Below are positions 50,601-64,000 of a DNA stretch of 64,000 nucleotides, one piece after another (the first letter of the stretch is position 1; every line of letters starts with the position of its first letter). Under the pieces are notes generated by a model. The model saw only the letters and a list, made by a program, of their open reading frames with translations. It had not been told where the DNA came from and made no database searches. Origin of the DNA: Marsupella aquatica (lineage: Eukaryota; Plantae; Marchantiophyta); contig OZ316894.1 in assembly GCA_973895155.1 (NCBI GenBank), positions 1,938,457 to 2,002,456 of the forward strand, written 5' to 3'. Position numbers and translations under genes: made by a program.

Positions 50601-51502
50601 TGTGCAAATGCGAGCTTCTACTACCTTTCCTCCACAGTAATTGGAGGTCGACTGTAACATCATCCTCTAGATACAGACATTACAACTCGGTGCCAACTTT
50701 GAAGGGAGCTGTATTCCTACATAAAGCTGTACAAAGAGCTTCAAGGTCATGCCCTCAAACAATAATTGTAGTCACAGCTATTTGACCACCGGTGTTTGTA
50801 TAATTTATAAAAGCTTGTGGACTGTCTGGTGATATGTACACCTTATGCTAGCTCATCACATCGATTTGTTTGGCTAAGACAAGAAGACAAAACTCAGGCA
50901 ATCTCTACTTCGCCGGAGCTCGCACTGCGAAGTTTCCAATTGCGCAAGTCTCGTCACGTTGAATGTTGTGATTCACATTCGAATCTCGACAGAACCATGT
51001 CAGCATAATTGTTACTAGAAAATGTCTGCCTAATTTCTCCAACATATCAAGACATTGATGGTGAAAAGGAAGATGTGCAGTTTGAGGAAAAAATCATCGT
51101 GGCCGGGTGACAGTGTCATGGACACACGCGAGTACAAGAGTACAGTAGAACCCCATCACCTTGCAACTATTGTATAGTGTAAGGGAGTGTGAAGAAACGA
51201 TCACCCAACGAGCAAAAATCCCTTATATTACAAAAGATCATCGGAGTAAGACCATGGGATTACATGAACTAAGTGAACTTCTAACTAGGGTATCCTTTGC
51301 CGATGAGAACAAAATCAAAAACTCTTCAGATCAGAGCCAATTGCACATCGTCCATTCTACCAGGCTCCCAGAATGGATCAAAAAGCTTTGAGAAAACTAC
51401 CGCTTCTACTATCTCTAAGCGTATAGCCAGAGCCACAAATCAACCTACGTAAAATCTCATGGTGTGCCCTGTATTGATAAGAAGAGCTCGGCTGCAAGTC
51501 TT

Positions 51503-53007
51503 TTAAGGATAGATTGCCACGTCCAAAAAGTCTCCAGTCTGGAACACATTTCGGGTCAGAAATGCAGTAACATGAAGTGTCAACGTCACATATGAACTAC
51601 ACACTTTCCAACAAATATCGCGAAGGCCTTGAGATGACAATGAAAAAGGGCAAAAACAGAATTCCCTTCATGCATGACTTTGGCTGGCTAACTTTGGTGC
51701 AACCTCTGGTGGATTGCAGGTAGTCATTTACATTCGATAGGTTTCCTCATGCCTTCACAGTAGCACGGGCTAAACCAAGGAGAGAAAACCAACCTGAAAG
51801 CTGAGATCATCAAGAGTTCTGGCATCTTCTTGACTTCTCCGTGAACCTCCATTTGCATAAGTCATCCCCACCTGTCCAAAAGTTCGGGATAAAAGTAACT
51901 AAGAAACCTTACTTGAGAAACGATCGGGACAGCATTTCACATGTCTACCACCACTCCCAGAAAGACAAACAAATCAAACAGAATTAGAACCACTTACATT
52001 TCGAATGACATTTCTGCCACGTCTGTCAGGATAGACAAACGCAAATGAAAGCCTTGCATCCCGCCTCCTGGCAGAGGGAGAAACCTCCTTGACCTATTCA
52101 ATGATGTACATCAAACTCTGGTTTATGCCTGTACAACCCATCCATGCAAGTAGAAAAGGAGAAAAATATGAAGGTGCTCAAGTAACGTCACTTCAAGTGG
52201 GAGCAGAGAGAACCAAGAAATAAGCTCAACTACAGTTCAAACAAGGGATGACATACTAGTTCAGTAAGTTCTCGCAATGTCGCATCACGCCAGGTGTAAA
52301 TCTGAACCTCCTCCTTGGGCTCCTTTCCCCTCACAGCAAAGTCCTCTACGGTGTGGTGACCTCCATTCTAAGCAATCAATGCACAAGTATCAATTGGGTG
52401 CATTTTCATACGGACCAAATGCTCGAAAAGGGCAAAAACGGTCAGACCAAGAACCGAAGTAAAGGGATTGCTCGCAAAACGATGAATTCAGTCCGCATGT
52501 TTCAATACACTCTAACTGACCAATTTCTTGGAATTGCTCAAAAAACCGACATACCTTGGTGAATACGCGTAGCAACAGCGGGCAAGTCTGCAGGTACCGC
52601 AAAAAAGATCACCACACCAACTGCTGTTAGCCGCTTGTGGGATATAGTCCAATTACCACAGAACCTAAACCGCAAGTCTTGTACTGCTCAGGGTCCATAA
52701 TTCTCAATGCAAATTTCATGCATTCCGATCTCTGGCTACCCAAGAACAGTGGAGATTGAGACACCTGAGTAGCGTATGGGTAGACAATTCTAATTACGTG
52801 AGAAAGTCCTTTTAACTAATGGCTATATTAAAATTGGTGCATTTCAGAACCCCACACTGTGATGAGAGGAGAGTTTTCGACCTTTTCGCGGTCTACAAGA
52901 GGAGCACGAGGTGGGCCAGGCGGAGCTCGGGAAGGAGGGAGCGGCATCCGAGGCGGGCGTGATTGAACATCCGCTGCTGCTGCCGCTGCCGCGGCTGCCA
53001 ACGACAT
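51503..53007 (-). CDS. SAP18: Histone deacetylase complex/ASAP subunit SAP18; exons 53007-52882, 52587-52555, 52367-52257, 52093-51998, 51871-51794, 51538-51503
   Basis: The spliced product VDREK|TCPLLLRVFTK|NGGHH..EVQIYTWRDATLRELTEL|VKEV..ARRRDARLSFAFVYPD..|VG..LSFQ|TGDFLDVAI is the recognisable SAP18 sequence. All introns are GT-AG, phase 0. Confidence 0.95.
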
Positions 53008-55599
53008 TTCACCTCTCTGCTCTCTCTCTTCTGTTTGTGATCTCCCCAATTTGATGCACCTGAGTCAGCGACCAGGAACACCACAACCACCGAGTTCTCC
53101 GTTCAGAACAACAATGCAACAGGTAGGGACATACTAGACGCAGGGTAAACAACGTTACAACCTGAAACGAGAAGTAGCGAAAAAGAGAAGGGCCAATATA
53201 CCGAAGTTGACGAAATTCCTAAACCTAGGAAAACCAAACCTAAGCCGAAGGAATAAGAAAACGAGACAGCAATTTGCAACCGAAATAGATAAACACAAAC
53301 AGAACTGAAAAGATCAACAGAACCGGAAACAAACTCCGAGCGAAGAGAACACAAAGATGGAAAACGAAGACCAACACCAATTAACGGAGCCAGCGCAAGG
53401 CAGCAAGCCAAACTACCGCGCGACCACAAGAATCCCGATCCGTAACAAGTAAACAGAATTGGGCAAAGATCCAAAACCTAACCAAACCAGAACCAAACTG
53501 GGAACGGAGACCGTGAAAAGCAAATTGGATGAGGAGAAAGACCAAAGTACCACGAAAATCCGCACAAACACAGTCGAAGTCGTCCAAATCTCCTCCTCTT
53601 TTTCTTCTACATCGATTCGGGTTGCACACGATTCAGCGAGGCAAGCAAGTAAATTTCAGTTCCCGCCTCTCGCTTGAGTTCTTCAGTATCAGTCCTTACG
53701 ACAGTCGTGTAAGCGTTATGCTTCGAACGCCCCCTCGAGACCTTGGAACCCAAGTCACATAACCACGAAGGTAGATTGTTTACCATAGTTAGTACTAGTC
53801 TGATTCATATTTTTATTCTACTATTTTTATTTTTTGAGAAAGGGAGGGGCCAGCCCAATATATTTTTATTTATTTACTTACTTATTTACTTACTTACTTT
53901 CGAAAGGGGGATGCAGGGGCTGTCAATGACCCACAAGGGAACAAATGCCGCCCAAAAAACAAACAAACGGGGCCAGACGGCGGGGGCCGGACTACCCGGC
54001 AAACCAACCAATATTAGGGGACTACATAGTTGGCCTGCACTAATGATTGTCCACACTACACTTATACACAGGTTCACTGTACTCACTCTGGGTTTCGAAT
54101 AGGTTTACGTCCTGGTTAGGGGGATTGTGGGATGTACCGTAGTGCCCAATAGAGGGCTTTAATGCAAGTTTGAGGGGGCATTATGGCAAACGAACTAGCT
54201 AACTTAGAAACTAATTGAATGTGTTGGAAAGAATCAAACAATAGTAAGTCACTGAAATTGAAGGTTAAGAAACAGTGTGTAAAGAACCTAAACCATACCA
54301 TTAAAAGTTTGGAAAGAAAAAGAAAAAAAAAGTAAAGTCCCTGAAATTAAGGAGAGGCAATAATATAAAGAGGTAGAATATGGATTGAAATTGCATTACA
54401 CTTTGCATTACTGGCTTTACCCTAAGTCGCCCTAACTTTGCTCTAGATTCGCCAAGCTTGCCCCTGCATTTGGTGTTTGAGTTTCTCCTTTGTTTTCCAT
54501 AAAATTTCTTTGAATGTTTCAGTGTAAAGGATACCATCTTCACTACCGTAGCTTTGAGCTTGCCTTGAATGATTTTGTGCTACTTCAATTGAGTAGTAGT
54601 TCCTGATGCTGTCTATTTCTTTGCTCAAGTCACTTGCAATTTAGAGATTATAGATTCCAGCTACTTACTTCAATTTAGGTTTCTTCCGGCTTTTCCTCAA
54701 CCAAAAGCATGGAGTTCAAATATGATTATGATGAGCTACTCGAACATGCAAGGTATTATTTTAGAGTCAGGAGCTTCATGAAATTGATTCAAGGTTCATT
54801 TCATGACAGGTGAATTGATCAGTGTTCTGATACTTGAAATTTCCAGCTCTGGGAGTTTTGTGATTTGAATTTCATTTTGGGGCATTTGTTTGGACAGGTC
54901 AAGAAGGACGTTATGTTATATAGTAAAGTAAATTGACAGGTATGTAATAGGCAAGGAGGAGTGTGCTTGTGGATTTCAGCCTTGATATCTTCTAGCTGGT
55001 CCACAATAATAGCATCTACCCATAGGCAAGGAGATGGTGCTTCAGGGTTTCACTCGTACATGCCACTGCCCATATTTGTCCTCTAAGATACTCTCTTAGG
55101 ACAAATCTGTAGGACATACTTTTATCACATTTAATTCCTTACCTTCGATGCTTATTGTTTTCCTCTATTGCTACTCTACCCCTCACCCCATAGTGTTGTG
55201 TGTGCCTTGTGAGTTTCTCACTTCTCTTTAGTGGACACCTTAGTCTTGTGGGTCCTGCCTACACTCTGGAGAGGTTCACTTCCATATAAAATGACCATCA
55301 CATGCACTGGTCAATAAAGTGTTTTCATTCATTTACAGTAAAATTTGCAATTACTTGTGGAAATAAGGTTTTTTAAATCAAATTTTGAGTATTATAAGAA
55401 AAGATAAGGTTTTAATAAGCAGCTTGGAAAATATTCATAGTTTCCAAAAATAATAGCGTAAACAATATAATTCTCTTTCTTATTTTTCAATGTCTTATTA
55501 CACAAAAACATCTCAGGTGATATAGGACCCCCCCCCCCCCCACCTTAGAGTGACCCCCTCCCCAAGCCTATACACTAGTCAATTGAAAGCTCCTTACTC

Positions 55600-56052
55600 T
55601 GAAACCTTGAGACGTACTACCGAAGAGAGGTGTTGGAATAACCCTAGAAAATATATATCATTGTGCCAAAGGACAAAAAACCCTGAAACCTTGAAACTTT
55701 CTAATGAAGAGGGGTGTTGCAATAACCCTAGAAATTATATATGTCATTGTGCCAAAGGACAAAAAACCCTGAAACCTTGAGACTTTCTAATGAAGAGAGG
55801 TGTTGCAATAACCCTAGAAATGATATGTGTCATTGTGCCAAAGGACGAAAAACCCTGAAACCTTGAGACTTTCTAACGAAGAGAGGTGTTGCAATAACCC
55901 TAGAAATATATGTGTCATTGTGCCAAAGGACAAAAAACCCTGAAACCTTGAGACTTTCTAATGAAGAGAGGTGTTGCAATAACCCTAGAAATGATATATG
56001 TCATTGTGCCAAAGGACAAACAACCCTGAAACTTTGAGAGTTTCTAATGAAA
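55600..56052. repeat. 86-bp tandem satellite, ~5.3 copies (one further degenerate copy at ~56566-56630)
   Basis: Unit gaaaccttgagactttctaatgaagagaggtgttgcaataaccctagaaatgatatgtgtcattgtgccaaaggacaaaaaaccct. Confidence 0.95.
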
Positions 56053-59000
56053 TTTTTGAAACTGCTATAATTATGGTGAATCCACCTTTCAGATTTTGTC
56101 TTATTCAGAGTTTTGGTGTCATATATTTTATTTCAATGTGCCTTATCAAGGGGCAGCCTGTGTATAATATACAATTTTATTTTATTTATGGACCCTTTAA
56201 TTTTAGGATTCTAGAGTATTTTGAAATTATTTTGGCAACCCCCTTATAAATTTTGATGTTTGTGATTGATCAGAGATGAACGAAAGGTTCCACAACTTGA
56301 TAAAGTATTCTGACGAGTGAGAGAAATGGTTTTGATTGTGTGTTAAGTTCTCCTTATATCTTTTTTTCCTAAGTTTATGGTTTTTATTGAAATGAGTCAT
56401 TTATGAGGACATTGAATTAAGTGCAGACATCATAGCATCCTTGATTGTACTTTTCATTGGTCACTATGCACCAATACTTCTAGTTATGTTCTCATATTTT
56501 ATTTACTTTCAAATCACTACAAGACAAAAACTCAAGCATGTTCTAGGATGAGCATGCTTATAATAATGAAGAGAGGTGTTGGAATAAGTAACCTTAGAAA
56601 TTATATATATCACAGTATTAACAGGGCAAAAACGCTACACTGGGGGACAAGATCCCAATGGCGAAGGAGCCCAATGAAAGGAGGGGAAAAGGCCAAGACC
56701 AAAAGATCCAACAAGTGTGAGATACCCTAGAAAAATCTTTAGTTATAGGGTGAGAACTGAGAAGTGTGACTTGCGGCAGCCTTCCCTGCAGCCACTACCA
56801 ATGAACGGCTACGATACGCAGGCCAGCCGACGATGCCGATGCCTTCTCTCCGAATTCGCCCACTTCAGCAGGGTTTAGGGTTTACCACATTTGCTTCCGA
56901 AGTGCGTTAGCTGGAGGCTGCTGGCCGAGCAGGATGGTGCTCTCGCGCTTTCGCGTATAAAGTAAGCGATTCTGCTCCAAACTGCGCATCTCCTCATTAC
57001 GATTCTGCTGCAGCGAGCAGAGCTGCGCCGTGGATTTATTTTTTTGTTTCGATTGCAGTCCAGGAAGTGGATCCCAATCCTGTAGATTCACTGTTCTTTT
57101 GAGATTTGGCAGTTTTCAGTGCGGAGAATTTTGTGAATTATGTGAATTCGCTGCTTTTGAGATTCTGAAGTATGGTGAATTGTGAACTTTGTCCCGGTTC
57201 GTTGCAGTTCGTGCAGTTCCTTCTGTAGCCTAGCGTTTTGTTGAGATGATCGTTGCAATGAAAGAATTAGGAGGAATGTATAGGGGCAAGGTATTGTGCC
57301 TCGCAGATAGTCATTTGTCTCGGTGAACGCGGTGGCGACCGGATAGTGACGTTGAAGCGATTTCTGTAGCTTCGAACTTGATCGTCGATGGTGTGCTAAT
57401 ATTGTGTCTGTTGACAGACCTCCGACGATCAGGGCCGAGACTCAATGAACCTGGACATTAGGGCTTTAGAAGCTTTCAGATTGATGAGTTCGTCGAATCG
57501 TACAATATTTGAATGGGTTGAAGAGCTTCTTCCAGCTGTTATATCTGCAATGACCTCTTGCCTGTCGTGGTCTCTCTCATTGAGGTATGGTTGTGTTGTC
57601 TGGCATATGCCTCTGGTGCGCTCTTTTTTTCTGGAGTATTTTTGTGCTTCGGAGTCTGGGATTTGTGGCAGGCAGCCGAGACCGGTGATGATAAAACAGT
57701 CGTCCGAGTTGCACTTGGGTACTGAGACCTTGCCTCGCAAGGAGAACCTCCTCAGACCGCCCTTGCATTTCTGTGATGCATACTACCTCTCCTGAGGTCT
57801 TTTGCCTGTCAATTATTGTTCCAGTAGAGTTCAGTTCTTTTCCGTTCGGGTGGTGAGGTCGGAGGGGGAGGCAATTGTCCATGTATTGGCAAACTACTGC
57901 ATTCGAGATATCTAGTTCGGAAGCTCGGAGCTTCTACGGGATCCGCGGCATTTTGGACCTAAATGTTGAGAGCGTAAACCCTCTAGTTATTGGCACTAGA
58001 CGATAATCACTTCACACTGTATAATCAACCGTAACAAAGGAGAAGAGCTATGCATGGCTCCCACCACATTGGTAATCATACTGAGGAAGGGACTGAGGAG
58101 CAAGTAATCTTCGTTTCCACCCTGATTGTAAAATCTGATTGTTAATTGTCCGAAATGGCAATGCACTCACTCGGCTCGGAAATATCGAACAGTAAGGTGG
58201 AATGTAAGAAAATCCCCACCCTTCCCTGAAATTACATGAAGCAGTCGGAGGAGCAATTTCACAGCCACAGCAGTGTTCACTGAGAACTCCTGCACTACAA
58301 ATTCACAAAGCAAATATCAGATCTCCAGAGAATCCAGATTTGGTGAATCTAAACACTAAACCCCAGAAACTTCCTTTGTAGTTGCCAAGCATAATGCCAC
58401 CTGAGTAAGAATCTACAATCAAAGTGCCAAAAAACCAAAGGTGCCCATCCATGATTCCATGAAAATTTGCCATTAAAGAAGCTACGAAAATATTGACACA
58501 GGATTTTGGGTATGGCTGAGCCTCCAAAGCGGGTAGTCGCCAACTTCGCCAATTGCAGGACAATGGAATGACTTCATGATTGAAAATATTTTTAGTAGAA
58601 TTGTTTTCTGAATTGGAGAATTTTGGATGAAGCCAGACTTATGGATTTAGATCCTTCTAGAGATTGATCATAATATTCTAGAGACAATTCATGGTAGGGA
58701 CCTCTACTATTAGATATTAAATTTCTCACTATTAGATATAAAATTCAACCCAGAATTAAATTTAGAGCCAACACCACTCCAATATATCAGCCCAGATGAG
58801 TGGGTGTCATAGTCATGAACCGTGATACTGGTTTTGCCCTGTAGTGAAAATTAGAGGATAGGTCCAAAACAATACCAAACGTCCAAGTTGATTGAAAATT
58901 TTGTCTTCAACGCAAGGTTCTCACTCATTATAGGAGTTCTTAATTGCAACCATGTTTTAGATCAGCGGTAACATGAAAGTAGTCCTTAGATCCAAGGTGA

Positions 59001-60853
59001 TGCAATGATTGCAGTCCAGGATTGGCCACATGGATTCACCAAATGCATACGTGGCAGCTATATGGGCTAGAGACCAGATCAGAAGGTCCTTCTAAAATCT
59101 ACTTAGGCGGAAATTTGGGACAATCTAATGGTTTAATATCCATTTGTTAGTAAATTTGTAAGCGAATTTCACTCTTGAGGAAGAGCAGAGATCACCACCT
59201 TACCTCCATCCCCATTTGAAATAGACTCATTTATAAAAGTTTACAGTTTCAACTGAAATGTGATCATTCTATAAATGGGTTGTAGCCTGTTTTTCTTAGT
59301 TTAGCTGGTGGTAAGTCATTCCTCAAGCCCAAACTAGTCCTTAAAAGTGAAGCGTCCAGATTATTTTTAACATTTGACAATGGAGTAAATGATCTTAGCT
59401 GAACTCAAACTAATGCCAGGTAGCAGTTAGACATCAGAGAGAATGCTGGAAAATGAGAGCTTAAATTGAGATCCAGTGAAAGATTATCCAAATAAATGGA
59501 CACGTCTACCAAAAACAATATTTAACAGTTGATATGCATCTTTCACCAAAGTGAAGCATCCTTCCAAAATCAGCAAGCCACTCTTTCTTCCTAATGTAAA
59601 TTTTGATGAGTTCACGTAGTCCATGGGGATGGGCAGGGACAATGTCTAGGATCATCTTGGCTTCGATTTCCAACAAAGGCAGATTATTTTTCAAATGACT
59701 GTGAAAATAATTAGATACAATGAATTATGTAAGTTAGAGAACAATATCCCTCTTTTTTGTGGTTTGTAAAGTTGGGTCTCTCCCTGGTGTTTGGAAATAA
59801 AATCTTTACTAGAAGTTTCTAGATAAAGATATTTCCCAAACAAGGATGATCCACCTCCCCCAAAAACTATGACAAAACTGTGTTAAAAGCTAATTTGCGT
59901 TAAACAAAGGTGCTTGTTCTGCTAGCTTTTATTCTTCTTAACAAGTTTCCTTTTCCCCTTCTTCCTCATAGGATAGGCCGCCCCATATGCTACCACTTTT
60001 ATCAATGTTTGCAAAATTGGAACAGTTTTTCTTTTGCTTTATTCACATAGGATATGGCCCATATCTCACTCCTGAAGGCCAAGTGAAAAATAACTTTTGC
60101 AACGTAAATATACAAAACTCTGGACAGGTTTGACAATGTGCTCGGATGAACTCCCAGAACCATGATCAACACGAACCAAACATAAAATTATATCCCCAGA
60201 ACATTTGTTTTACAATGATTTTAGCGTTCTTTGTTTTGTTACATTAATATGCTTTCAGTGTGTACTGTCTTCAAAACCAACCTTTGTATACTAGGCTTTT
60301 CTCTCTTTAGTTGGTCATCTAATATATTCAGATTTTTCGTGTCAAAAAGTGTTTGAACAACATTGGAGTCCTTAGATCCAAGGTGCGTCAGGCACTTGTG
60401 ATTCGTGTTATCTATATATGGACACTCATTTCCGAAGAAGCTTAGGGATGTGGATGTGAAAAGGATGCATGACAATTCCCTGTCCGCATGACAACTTTTG
60501 CACACAACTTTTGTAGCTAACGTATTGAAATAGATGACATGAATGTTGCGTGGCAATGCAAATTACGCTTTCACTCTTTTAGTATGTGACAGATTTGTTG
60601 CATGCGTTTCACATGAACAGAACTTTATTTCTTCTGTCACTCAAATTTCAACAGTAGACATACATATAAATACCCCATCTCGAGTGAATTCCTAGTAAGT
60701 TTGACGGTGTTTTGGATAACTATGGCTTCGTTGTGAGACATCATAGAAAACAGTATCAGTTCATGGTTCATTTCCAAGATAAGGATTCATAGAGGAGATC
60801 AAGTGTGGTCCGAATTACTTGTGCGGTGAAGATCCCGTTCCATCTTCTTGGAG

Positions 60854-64000
<3,147 letters not shown>

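Noticed and set aside
54400-55050. Possible decayed LINE ORF2 linker on the - strand
   Set aside because: No diagnostic RT or endonuclease motif is visible.
55600-56052. 86-bp array as CRISPR or coding repeat (ORF 55550-55780)
   Set aside because: The whole unit is repeated with no spacers, and the period is not a multiple of 3.
56870-57900. Telo-box-like AGGGTTTAGGGTTT followed by intron-like sequence and ORFs 57429-57882
   Set aside because: It may be a transcribed unit, but the ORFs are unrecognisable and I could not build a consistent exon chain.

Overview
Eukaryotic, intron-containing land-plant genomic DNA; a non-seed plant such as a bryophyte is my inference and is not proven. Six host genes can be built from splice sites: ABA4-like, a nepenthesin-like aspartic protease, an RNase H-RBR-CCCH E3 ligase, STIG1-like, SAP18, and a papain-type cysteine protease that runs off the right edge. 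The main feature is a ~13 kb DNA transposon at 25618-38595, with 25-bp TIRs and a 4-bp ACTT target-site duplication. It encodes an intact Sola-like DDD transposase on the + strand. On the - strand it carries two spliced cargo genes: a ParB-like + beta-class amino-(N4C/N6A)-DNA-methyltransferase-like gene, damaged in this copy, and an FCP1/HAD-like phosphatase. About 20 copies of a 17-bp interrupted palindrome, CTCGAGA-N3-TCTCGAG, lie inside the element, mostly in its introns and divergent promoter region. The window also has a nested pair of related 8-bp-TSD MITEs, a fold-back element, several tandem arrays and a probable solo LTR. All domain calls come from reading motifs by eye; no database search was run.
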